IMG/VR virus record: IMGVR_UViG_3300030328_003813
Location: 1 to 43,090 of that record
From: a virus
Lineage: Duplodnaviria > Caudoviricetes
Strand: one strand, 5' to 3'
Length of the DNA stretch: 43,090 nucleotides
Part shown: positions 1 to 7,661 of the stretch, piece by piece
Layout of the letters: the number at the start of each line of letters is the position of its first letter
Position numbering within the stretch: position 1 is the stretch's first letter
Position numbers and translations under genes: made by a program
Notes under the pieces: generated by a model
Told to the model about the DNA's origin: nothing
What the model saw: only the letters and a program-made list of their open reading frames with translations
The model's database searches: none

Positions 1-99
1 TCGCATATCGTTGGACAGAGCTGTGACAGCTCCCAGTCGCACGGTCTCGGCTTGCCTCACAATGCTTCGCTTTCGGTTGAGCCACAGGCTAAAAGCCAA
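1..99. repeat. Terminal direct repeat, copy 1 (identical to 42992-43090); probable circular-assembly overlap
   Basis: tcgcatatcg...aaaagccaa at 1-99 matches 42992-43090 exactly. The length of 99 is a common assembler k-mer, and a reading frame runs uninterrupted through the junction. Confidence 0.95.
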
Positions 100-167
100 A
101 TCGTAGCGGGTCTTGATCAAATTTGCCAAATCCCCTGCCCCATAGCACGCTGCCAGGTCGCAAAATG

Positions 168-509
168 CTACGTTTTTTTTTGAAGTTGGAAGCACCACAG
201 ATCAAAGGCGTCCAGGAGCCCGAGCAGCTCCGCGATGGTCATGCCGGTGTCGTCAGCGTTGCTGAGTCGCTTTACCTGGAACGCTCGAGCAGCTGCATTT
301 GCGGCAATTTCCAGGGCCATCGGATCCTGCTGTTTTGCTTTTACCAGGTGCTCTGGCTTGTATTCTGGATCTGTCTGTAAAGCCATCGCCACCAGCAACG
401 GATCGCAATGCCTGATTCCTTGCCTGGTTTCGTAGCTGAATATGGCTCGAGCTCTTTCCTCGTTATCAGCTCGCTTTTCGACTTTTTTGCGTTGCCATCG
501 GCCAAACAT
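168..509 (-). CDS. Putative tail assembly chaperone (gpG-like, 113 aa) with -1 frameshift extension
   Basis: Ends CAA AAA AAA ACG TAG. The -1 frame is open from 174 through the circle junction to the stop at 42890, immediately upstream of the tape-measure-like gene, which is the classical G/GT arrangement. Confidence 0.75.
   Translation of the reverse strand: MFGRWQRKKVEKRADNEERARAIFSYETRQGIRHCDPLLVAMALQTDPEYKPEHLVKAKQQDPMALEIAANAAARAFQVKRLSNADDTGMTIAELLGLLDAFDLWCFQLQKKT
173..181 (-). other. Programmed -1 frameshift slippery site (A9 run, A_AAA_AAA)
   Basis: Nine T on + at 173-181. The heptamer is in the correct phase just before the stop, and the -1 frame reads NVAFCDLAACYGAGDLANLIKTRYDLAFSLWLNRKR... 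Confidence 0.75.
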
Positions 510-510
510 A

Positions 511-1143
511 TCACCCCCCTGTGTAACTTGGATCCATGAGCTCTACCAAATCAGACAGGAAAATGTCCGCCTGATCGGGCATTGCGGCTCTCATTGAGCA
601 CAGGATTTTATTGTTGTGCTTCACCTCGATCGAGTAAATACCATCACCCCGCTCAAATGCTACCTGACGATACAGATCAATTTCCGCGTATCCGTTGATT
701 GTTTTCACAACGTTCCCAGTAATGCTAGGCACAATGTCGTTGCCTACGACGCTGTTGGCCTCGATCACTTTGCAGGTCACAACTGCATCACTGACTGCTG
801 TACCGTTGAGAGAAATTTGCGCCTTCAAGCGACACATTTGACTTCCAGGCGGTGTCGGGATCACGTTTTGCTGCAGTGTTCCCGTGAATTGCGTGCCTGC
901 GGTTCCAAACGTCACGCCCTGGAGCACGTCCGCAACTGGAGGCAACGTTAAATTGCCTGTGCTCGCTCCCACAGCAATGCCGTCACGCACATCATCTGGC
1001 GATGGCACTATGCCTCCTCCGGTTGATAATGTTCCCTGGAGCGCATTGATTGCGTCTCCATAGGCTGGAGCCGTGTTAATGACGTTCCCCTCGGCTGGGT
1101 AAATTGCGCCAAAAAACGTTGCGAAGCTGTTTTGCAGTGCCAT
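511..1143 (-). CDS. Putative virion/tail-associated protein (210 aa)
   Basis: Two PxxxDVxxGxxxG...TGxL repeats of the kind seen in phage tail/fibre proteins; beta-rich C-terminus; lies between fibre-like genes and the tail chaperone. Confidence 0.55.
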   Translation of the reverse strand: MALQNSFATFFGAIYPAEGNVINTAPAYGDAINALQGTLSTGGGIVPSPDDVRDGIAVGASTGNLTLPPVADVLQGVTFGTAGTQFTGTLQQNVIPTPPGSQMCRLKAQISLNGTAVSDAVVTCKVIEANSVVGNDIVPSITGNVVKTINGYAEIDLYRQVAFERGDGIYSIEVKHNNKILCSMRAAMPDQADIFLSDLVELMDPSYTGG

Positions 1144-1145
1144 GA

Positions 1146-2204
1146 TTAACTCAACGTGACCTGGATGGTGTCCCCTGACTGTGCCGTTGCGGTGTACGCC
1201 ACCCCGGTCTTTGTTGTGGTGGCTAGCGCAGTTCCGTTGCTTGCGATTCCAGCATTGTCAGGGGCAACAGTGTTTGCCCCGTCCGTGCCTCGCATGTCGC
1301 TGTTTGACACACAAACCGCAGTGCTCGATACGTTCGTTACATTGGCAACTGTGTCTGCGGCTGGATCAAAATCATTTAGGCCAAGGACATCATTTCCAAC
1401 TGTACCTATCAATGTCTGGATGATGCCGAAGTTGGTAATGCTGCTGGCGTCTGTCATAAAATTCCCCGCCAATGCGTTCGAGTCAACTTTATTTGCCAGG
1501 GTAAATGTGAGCTGATCCGTCTTTGTCTTTATTGCTGCAATATCGCTATTTGCCGGCGCAACAGTATTTGCGTTGTCTGTACCTCGCATGTCCGTATTTG
1601 TCGTACAAGTCGCTACCAGAGTAACCTGTGCCACCGTGTCAGACGCTGGATTAAAATCGTTCAAAGCCGCGATTGCAGTGCCGTTTGCAGTTATTCCTGC
1701 ATTATCCGGAGCAGTCGTATTGGCGTTGTCGGTGCCACGCATATCAGTATTGGTCGTGCATGTCGCCACGAGCGTAACATTAGCCACGGCATCTGCAGCA
1801 GGATCAAACGTGCTGGCGTTGTCGGTTCCTCGCATGTCGGTGTTAGCGGTGCAGGTTCCAACGAGCGTCACGTTGGCCACCGCGTCGGCTGCGGGATCAA
1901 ACGTTGACAAACCAGTAACGTTAGCTTTGAAGTCTGCGAGAACGTAAGGAAACGCCTGGGCAAACGAATTAACGGCGTTCGTCAATACCATGACCGCTGA
2001 TAAGTTGTCAGCGTTTGTTTCCGCCTGCGTCAAATCCAAAACCCAGACTCCGTTCCCCAGGTGGCTTGCAGTGTTCGTGCTTGTTGCCTGGGCTCCTCCA
2101 TCTTTCGACAAATGAACAACTGGCGTTCCTGATGTGACCGCCGAGCCGTCCGCTGTGGCGATTGCAATAAAACTGATGTGTTGCCCCGAAGTATTTTTAA
2201 GCAT
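1146..2204 (-). CDS. Putative tail fibre/structural protein with internal repeats (352 aa)
   Basis: Ala/Thr/Asn/Asp-rich; four copies of (S/N)xFDPAxDxVAxVT...C..NxDMRGTDxA; located in the structural block. Confidence 0.65.
   Translation of the reverse strand: MLKNTSGQHISFIAIATADGSAVTSGTPVVHLSKDGGAQATSTNTASHLGNGVWVLDLTQAETNADNLSAVMVLTNAVNSFAQAFPYVLADFKANVTGLSTFDPAADAVANVTLVGTCTANTDMRGTDNASTFDPAADAVANVTLVATCTTNTDMRGTDNANTTAPDNAGITANGTAIAALNDFNPASDTVAQVTLVATCTTNTDMRGTDNANTVAPANSDIAAIKTKTDQLTFTLANKVDSNALAGNFMTDASSITNFGIIQTLIGTVGNDVLGLNDFDPAADTVANVTNVSSTAVCVSNSDMRGTDGANTVAPDNAGIASNGTALATTTKTGVAYTATAQSGDTIQVTLS
1225..1906 (-). repeat. Four imperfect intragenic repeats (about 29-45 codons each)
   Basis: DMRGTD recurs at about 1281-1298, 1575-1592, 1728-1745 and 1821-1838, with near-identical flanking peptides and synonymous divergence. 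Confidence 0.85.
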
Positions 2205-3378
2205 TGGGAAAACCTACGATACTTGGTGGAGTTCGGAAATATGATTTGAACGATGCTGGTGGCCCGCCGGCAACACCTCTCGCTGACTCCAGCCATGTGA
2301 TGTCGCTCGATGTAAGTACATAACTTGGAAATGCTCGACAATCATCAGCCAGACCATTCAGTGGATACCGTATGGTTCCGCTCGGTGCTCCAGCGAGACT
2401 TACGTCTACTAAACCACCAACAGCCTGTGGTGCTGGCTGACCGCTGACGCTCCCATTCGGTATCGCAGTCACACCGTTGCCATACTCGATGACCGTGGTC
2501 ACCTCTGGCTGATCGTCGATGTATATCTTCACCCGATCTGCCAGCGACTGAGATCCATCGAACGTGATGGCAATGTGATACCAAGTGTTAGTCGAGTTGA
2601 TTGTGTTCGCGTACACTCTCATCGCGTCAGAACTGCTGAACCCTGGATCGTAATACCCGATAAACAGGTTGACGGTCGCTCCACTTAAATAAATCTGCCA
2701 GTTACCTTTGCGGTAGCCGTGGTTGCAATAGATCATTCCCTTGGTGGCAAGCGACGATGGGTTCACCCAGCAGGACCAACTGCATGTCGTCAGATTGTCA
2801 AATCCAGTGTTCCCGCCATCAGACCACACATCGTTGACGCCATCAAAACTGAATGCGTGAGTGCCTCCAGAACCAGTGCTCGCAACAATCGACGCACCGT
2901 TCTGTGGATACAGGTGTCGCGAATTATTCGTAAGATCAATTCCGCCCTGGTACGCTTCGCCATTCCACCAGAGATTCTCACCATAGGTAGCTGGCATGTT
3001 CGCTGACGTAACTTGCAACTCGACTGACACTTCATCGAGCGTCACCGTGCCGAACATCTGATCGCTCAGGTAAAACTCCCAGGTGCCATCGACGCTCGAA
3101 GGAAAGCTGCCGCTGTTTATTTGCAAGGTGTCGGTTCGAGTGCCTGATCCGAACGGGAGACTTCCGCTGTTGAAAATGTAGTGATAGCTTCCGTCTGGAT
3201 CAATTACATAACACTCGCACCCCTGCCAGCTAGACTGGTTATCCCATGTGATGCTCAATTCGATACCAGTAATGTCGCTCGCGGCGAGCAACAAATCAGC
3301 ACCATCAACTTCAACATCAGACTGGACGCTTTGGCCGGATTGATTTGTCAGGTTTTCGTAGATAAGTGTTTGCGTCAT
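2197..3378 (-). CDS. Adhesin/fibre-like protein: P-domain-like jelly roll plus LamG/concanavalin-A-like domain (about 393 aa)
   Basis: Start reassigned to the ATG at 3378 (ATGA overlap with the upstream stop). LamG motifs FSFDGVND, SWSCWVNP, TWYHIAITFDG, VKIYID, LNGLADD. N-terminal GTWEFYLSD...TLDEVSVEL resembles a proprotein-convertase P domain. Confidence 0.75.
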   Translation of the reverse strand: MTQTLIYENLTNQSGQSVQSDVEVDGADLLLAASDITGIELSITWDNQSSWQGCECYVIDPDGSYHYIFNSGSLPFGSGTRTDTLQINSGSFPSSVDGTWEFYLSDQMFGTVTLDEVSVELQVTSANMPATYGENLWWNGEAYQGGIDLTNNSRHLYPQNGASIVASTGSGGTHAFSFDGVNDVWSDGGNTGFDNLTTCSWSCWVNPSSLATKGMIYCNHGYRKGNWQIYLSGATVNLFIGYYDPGFSSSDAMRVYANTINSTNTWYHIAITFDGSQSLADRVKIYIDDQPEVTTVIEYGNGVTAIPNGSVSGQPAPQAVGGLVDVSLAGAPSGTIRYPLNGLADDCRAFPSYVLTSSDITWLESARGVAGGPPASFKSYFRTPPSIVGFPNA

Positions 3379-3614
3379 TTTTTGCTGCCTCGCAATTCTT
3401 CGACCTGGCAACCAGCTTGCTTCGCGATGGCTTGCCAAATATGCAACCTATCTTCCTGGCAGTCCGCGAGCGCGGCCTGGGTGTCATCGAGTTTCTTATC
3501 TACCCGTGTGAAATGCTGCATCATTTGCTTCCATAGCACGCCTATGACTGTCCCCAGGGCCGCCACAGCGGCGACTAGCATACCTACCTGCGTAATATCT
3601 GTGTTTCCGATCAT
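3375..3614 (-). CDS. Small single-TM protein with coiled coil, holin-like (79 aa)
   Basis: Hydrophobic VGMLVAAVAALGTVIGVLW followed by a charged helical tail; adjacent to the protease gene. Confidence 0.55.
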   Translation of the reverse strand: MIGNTDITQVGMLVAAVAALGTVIGVLWKQMMQHFTRVDKKLDDTQAALADCQEDRLHIWQAIAKQAGCQVEELRGSKK

Positions 3615-4396
3615 TGCTCTGCTCGCGGTAGTGCCTGATGTACCCCGACATACTCCCAGGCGTTTAATCTATTCCCCCAAAACTCGCCGTATCCGTTGTT
3701 ATTCCACCTGGATCCGTAGCTGTTGACAAATGCAATGCCGTACCGATCAAGCGACGTAGCTGGTGCTCCACCTCGATCGAGAACCTCGAGCCCCAGGATC
3801 GCGTGCTTCCACCAGGGTACTGAAAACGTGACAGGGCATGGCGTCTCCGAGAGCATGAGGCTGATCGCCATATCGAGATTGTCGCCGCAATCAGTGAACG
3901 AACATAGCTGGTTCATCTCTCTGGACTCGAGCACTTTCGGATCGCTTTTCAGTGTCCTGTCCAGGCTTCGATTAGGCCACGCCTCGACTGAGGGGATCCC
4001 GCCCTGGTCCTGCATCATTTTGACGGCTTTACTGCAGTGCCCGCCTCGATTCGCGAAGTTCAGGCCAACTGCTGCGACTGCAGTTGCTGAAAGGTGCGGC
4101 ACAGGATCAATTCCCTGGAAAGCCAGCCTATTCATCACGCCCGCAACCACCGAGTATGCCCAGCAGTATTTGAGTGAGCCCTGATCGAGCACTGGCACCT
4201 CGTGATACTGGTGCGCGACCAGGGGGGAAGTGCCGAGTGACTTCTGGGTTTTAATCAGATCAGGCCACCGCTCTCTGGGTATCGGATCGGAGAAAAGTTG
4301 CACAGCAGAAACAGGGAACACGCTACCGACCGGCTCGATGCGGTAATCGCGCTGTTCCAGGCCGTGGTCGTCGCTTGGCTCGAATAGATCGTTCAC
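3611..4396 (-). CDS. Papain-like (C1 family) cysteine peptidase (261 aa)
   Basis: Catalytic motifs in the expected order: LDQGSLKYCWAYS (oxyanion Gln plus Cys-Trp), WKHAIL (His), FVNSYGSRWNNNGY (NSWG-like Asn). Confidence 0.85.
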   Translation of the reverse strand: MNDLFEPSDDHGLEQRDYRIEPVGSVFPVSAVQLFSDPIPRERWPDLIKTQKSLGTSPLVAHQYHEVPVLDQGSLKYCWAYSVVAGVMNRLAFQGIDPVPHLSATAVAAVGLNFANRGGHCSKAVKMMQDQGGIPSVEAWPNRSLDRTLKSDPKVLESREMNQLCSFTDCGDNLDMAISLMLSETPCPVTFSVPWWKHAILGLEVLDRGGAPATSLDRYGIAFVNSYGSRWNNNGYGEFWGNRLNAWEYVGVHQALPRAEQ

Positions 4397-4752
4397 TGCA
4401 GATTCCTCAATCGCTCGAGTATGTCGTCGTCGATCGGAACTACAATCACCTGTCCGTCTCTGCGAATTGCAGCCGCTGGCCTGGATCCCTCGGTAGCCTG
4501 GTATAGCTCTGGAATCCAGGATTCCGCGTTTTCCAGGTCCACGCCCTCGGTGTATCGCCGAAGCTCAATTTTGTTCTCAGCCGCCCATTTGTCGAGCTCG
4601 ACGCTGCCACCCATTCCAGTCGGCGGAACAATCACCATTGCGTCTGGGTAGTCGTTGCCGACCGGCTTCTTAGGCACCTGGCGAGACCCGAGCGCAAGCA
4701 AAGCGATTAACAGTACAGCCACGATTGCCGCTTTTTGTGTCTCACTTGCCAT
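4393..4752 (-). CDS. Membrane-anchored/secreted hypothetical protein (about 119 aa)
   Basis: Probable start MASETQK at 4752, followed by hydrophobic AAIVAVLLIALLALG; ATGA overlap with the peptidase gene. Confidence 0.65.
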   Translation of the reverse strand: MASETQKAAIVAVLLIALLALGSRQVPKKPVGNDYPDAMVIVPPTGMGGSVELDKWAAENKIELRRYTEGVDLENAESWIPELYQATEGSRPAAAIRRDGQVIVVPIDDDILERLRNLQ

Positions 4753-5092
4753 CGTCGTCTTTTCCCTGGTCAGCAATTAGTTTCGCAAGCATCTCACGCA
4801 CGTCTGGGTCGTCCAGGTTAATCCCTGGCTTTTTGGTGAATGCACCCTGCAACCGATCCAGGCTCGTAGCGACCAATGGCCACAGCCCGCTGACTAGCAG
4901 GATCGCGACATATCCCACGCCATCCACGGCTGAAATGAGTGCCTGGATCGCCAGGGCAACGACATCAACTGAATCCACCTGGTCGCCGGATGAGCTCCAC
5001 AGCCCGAACACATTATTGTTATACAACTGATAGGCAGAAAAAAGCACGAAACAGCCAACCAGGAAACGAAATCCTCTGTCATCTTTCATCAA
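4742..5092 (-). CDS. Membrane protein with two or more hydrophobic segments, possible holin (116 aa)
   Basis: FRFLVGCFVLFSAY and VVALAIQALISAVDGVGYVAILLVSGLW segments; charged C-terminus. Confidence 0.55.
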   Translation of the reverse strand: MMKDDRGFRFLVGCFVLFSAYQLYNNNVFGLWSSSGDQVDSVDVVALAIQALISAVDGVGYVAILLVSGLWPLVATSLDRLQGAFTKKPGINLDDPDVREMLAKLIADQGKDDDGK

Positions 5093-5321
5093 TCAACTCC
5101 TCGAGCCAGTTGTTAATTAACCGAGCTGCAAATTTGATCGCCACCGCCGTGAGCAATGCCGACCACAACCCCGTCACCTTTTTCTTCCTGATAAACCTAA
5201 AAGTGTCCTCCTGAACCAAGGCTGCAGTTCTTGCATCCTTCGTATCGCGGACGTTCCATCGCTCTCTGGCGTAATCCCTGATCTCGATACGGCGGTGACG
5301 TGGTATCAGCTTTTCAATCAT
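5079..5321 (-). CDS. Hypothetical protein with C-terminal hydrophobic helix (about 80 aa)
   Basis: Start reassigned to MIEKLIPRH (ATG 5321, ATGA overlap with the upstream stop); contains GLWSALLTAVAIKFAARLI. Confidence 0.55.
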   Translation of the reverse strand: MIEKLIPRHRRIEIRDYARERWNVRDTKDARTAALVQEDTFRFIRKKKVTGLWSALLTAVAIKFAARLINNWLEELIDER

Positions 5322-5737
5322 CGCTTGCCCCAAATCCTCACCCGGTAGCTTGCGCCACTTGAATACGAAACCGCATCGCCGAGCAGCACCCTGGTATTGT
5401 CGTCGTGCGGTCCAGACCGCCCCGATGGCCGGCAAGTCCCGACCGATCGGTGCGGCGTGTTTTTCCCTCGCCAACCCACGCCCTCAAATCCGGCTCCTGG
5501 GACACTCATCCAGCTGCCCGCACTTCGAGGTGGATGGCCACGGTAATTGTACCTCGCCATGTAGTCTGCCCTGGCCTGCGCAATTTTCTGACCATAAGAA
5601 ACAACTGGCTCGGGCCGTGGCCGCGTAATAACAGCCAGGACCGATGGAGCCACTGACGGCTCGCTCGATTCTGGCTGCTGCGTTTTTGCCTGGCTAACTG
5701 CCAGGGCAAGTAAGGCTATAGCGATCAGCCACCGCAT
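5318..5737 (-). CDS. Secreted CAP/SCP-like protein (139 aa)
   Basis: Signal peptide MRWLIAIALLALAVSQA; AQARADYMA...GH...FEGVGW...GDAV...YRVRIW resembles a shortened CAP domain. Confidence 0.55.
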   Translation of the reverse strand: MRWLIAIALLALAVSQAKTQQPESSEPSVAPSVLAVITRPRPEPVVSYGQKIAQARADYMARYNYRGHPPRSAGSWMSVPGAGFEGVGWRGKNTPHRSVGTCRPSGRSGPHDDNTRVLLGDAVSYSSGASYRVRIWGKR

Positions 5738-6075
5738 CCTAGTGACCTACGCTGGAACAGTCGGCTGAACAAAACACCGCTTCGACGTGATTGTCGCTCG
5801 GTAACTGTCCGTGTGGTTCTCTGAGTGGCTGCCCTGAGCCTCTGTACGGGGCGGCAGATCCCATCTCGGCAAAAGGCTGCCGATTCCGAAACAGGCGTTT
5901 CCGTGACCGTCCGAATACGCTTAAACAGGACGGTAGGCTTCGCTTCTGGTGCAGCTGGAGCTACTTCGGGTGCAGCAGGTGCCACCGCACGATCGCCGGC
6001 TGACACGTCTGAGACCAGGTAACTCGCAGCCACCGCTGCAAATAACCCAAGCAATACAATGATCTGATTTCGCAC
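5725..6075 (-). CDS. Secreted/membrane-anchored hypothetical protein (about 116 aa)
   Basis: Probable GTG start at 6075 (AGGGA upstream), then hydrophobic IIVLLGLFAAVAASYLV, an Ala/Pro linker, a CRDGIC motif and a basic tail. Confidence 0.55.
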   Translation of the reverse strand: MRNQIIVLLGLFAAVAASYLVSDVSAGDRAVAPAAPEVAPAAPEAKPTVLFKRIRTVTETPVSESAAFCRDGICRPVQRLRAATQRTTRTVTERQSRRSGVLFSRLFQRRSLGCGG

Positions 6076-6087
6076 GATTTTATCCCT

Positions 6088-6183
6088 AAAAGGCGGCGCT
6101 GGCCGGTTTGACGTAGGGGCGACACGCCCGACCGTTCCCGCGCCGCCGCGATCATCGTAACTAGGGAATCGCCAGCAATGCAA
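6088..6183 (-). promoter_or_regulatory. Candidate late promoter followed by a structured leader ending in a U-tract
   Basis: TTGCAT(6183-6178)-18 nt-TACGAT(6159-6154). Downstream GGCGGCGC(6147-6140) pairs with GCGCCGCC(6099-6092), followed by TTTT; inner GGGCG-TGT-CGCCC hairpin. Confidence 0.4.
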
Positions 6184-6184
6184 G

Positions 6185-6853
6185 CTACATCACTGGAGGC
6201 ATCCCGAAATGCTCCTCGATCTGGATCACCAGCGTCTCCTCGCCGCGAGGGCATACGTCCTGGAAATGTGAGATAGTGGCGATGTTATTTGGACCGTCGT
6301 CTGGCAGGATCCCGATGTTGACGAGCCCGTCCGTGACGGCTTTTGTGCAAAGATTATCCAGGTCGATCAGCCGCTGCCGCTTGTGCCAGAACTCCAGGGA
6401 TACCAAGCTGTCAAACTCTTTCGGACGCACAGTGATTTTCTCTCGCTCGTACCCGTTGGCCAAAAATCGTTTGAGCCTGGCGTGCTCGAATTGGTGCTTC
6501 TTTCGGAGTCCTGGCAACTCTGATTTTCGCTTTTTGCTTGGCCGGCTCAGGTTCTGGTATTCCGCCAGACACAGCTCTGACGGGAACCGTCCGCTAACAG
6601 TTTCGCCGACGATGTTGTGGATCATTTTCCGCAGCTTCATGCGGCTCATTTCGTGCATCGCGAGCATCCGATTCCAGGATGGCACCGCAAAATTTTGTAT
6701 TTCAATCGACATCGAAAATACAGGGACATACACGTCCTCGTCGATCTGCATCTTCGTTATATGCGTAGCCACCACGTCCTCATCAGCTCGATCGACCAAA
6801 TCCATCCAGTGAACCATTACCTGCTCCATTTTGTTAAATCTTTGAATACGCAC
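6185..6853 (-). CDS. rusA: RusA-like Holliday junction resolvase (222 aa, extended)
   Basis: RLIDLDNLCTKAVTDGLVNIGILPDD matches the RusA DxDN..K...D.L......DD motif; N-terminal VPSWN; located at the end of the replication module. Confidence 0.75.
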   Translation of the reverse strand: MRIQRFNKMEQVMVHWMDLVDRADEDVVATHITKMQIDEDVYVPVFSMSIEIQNFAVPSWNRMLAMHEMSRMKLRKMIHNIVGETVSGRFPSELCLAEYQNLSRPSKKRKSELPGLRKKHQFEHARLKRFLANGYEREKITVRPKEFDSLVSLEFWHKRQRLIDLDNLCTKAVTDGLVNIGILPDDGPNNIATISHFQDVCPRGEETLVIQIEEHFGMPPVM

Positions 6854-7099
6854 CTAGCTGTGTAAGTCGCCAGGATCAACCAACTGCTCCACATCACACA
6901 CAGAATTATCATGTCGCTCATTAGGTTCCCTCGCTCGCTTTCTTAAATCCTGGAGCAGCATATCGTGCTCCGACTGGGTTATTTCCTCTTTGCGTAGCAG
7001 CTCGCCGAGCTCCCTCGCCTTGTTGATACATTCGATCAATCCAAGGTTGTACCTTGAATCAATCCGCTCTAATTCGCTTTTTTGCATCCGACTGAACAC
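6854..7099 (-). CDS. Hypothetical protein (81 aa)
   Basis: Fills the gap between the DUF6475 and RusA-like genes; helical and charged. Confidence 0.55.
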   Translation of the reverse strand: MFSRMQKSELERIDSRYNLGLIECINKARELGELLRKEEITQSEHDMLLQDLRKRAREPNERHDNSVCDVEQLVDPGDLHS

Positions 7100-7661
7100 T
7101 GATTCGCCTCGTTGGTTCGATGATTTTCGGCGTAGCGACGCGGCGCACTAGCACCTGCTGAGATTCCACTTCGCCATTAACTCGAGTTACCTGGTTAGCC
7201 TCGGAGATTCCTGGCAGCGGTGCTGCCTGCTCCCTGCTTGTCCCTGCTTTCGCCAGTGCCTGGTACGTCTTGGCGAACTCTTTTCTGATCCAGCTTTCGT
7301 CTTTCGGATCCATGCTGCAGAACTCAGGCCAACCACCCAGGTGCCGGATCGTCGCATTCACCACCTGGTCCTCAAAATCGACGTGCCGGTACATACCGTG
7401 GTGATGGATCGCAGCTATTGCTGAGTCCCACGCTCTTACGGCGTCGGCTTCGGGATTGGCAGATCGCAGGTCGCACGGCTTCGGGAACCACTGGCTCGTC
7501 GCGACGTGCGCGGCTGCTGCCTGCTCGAGCTGATCCAGGTGAACGTCCTGGAGAGCCATCCAATACATTTTGAGCAGCTCCTTTGACATTTGCTGCTGAT
7601 ATACCACTCCCAGGCTTTCCATTATTGCCGCAAACCGCAGCTTCTGTTCCTTCTCACTCAT
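7059..7661 (-). CDS. DUF6475-like protein, replication-associated (about 200 aa)
   Basis: Start reassigned to MSEKEQK (7661). VDFEDQVVNATIRHLGGWPEFC...WIRKEFAKTY is typical of DUF6475; N-terminal YWMALQD...WFPKPCDL resembles a helicase-loader/inhibitor-like domain. Follows the initiator gene. Confidence 0.7.
   Translation of the reverse strand: MSEKEQKLRFAAIMESLGVVYQQQMSKELLKMYWMALQDVHLDQLEQAAAAHVATSQWFPKPCDLRSANPEADAVRAWDSAIAAIHHHGMYRHVDFEDQVVNATIRHLGGWPEFCSMDPKDESWIRKEFAKTYQALAKAGTSREQAAPLPGISEANQVTRVNGEVESQQVLVRRVATPKIIEPTRRISVQSDAKKRIRAD

Noticed and set aside
1-99. 99-bp terminal repeat as a biological direct terminal repeat or att site
   Set aside because: It falls inside a coding frame and equals a common assembler k-mer length, so it is best explained as circular-assembly overlap.
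1225-1906. CRISPR array or DGR template/variable repeat pair
   Set aside because: The repeats are in-frame coding repeats with mostly synonymous differences. There are no unique spacers, no adenine-specific pattern, and no reverse transcriptase or cas gene.
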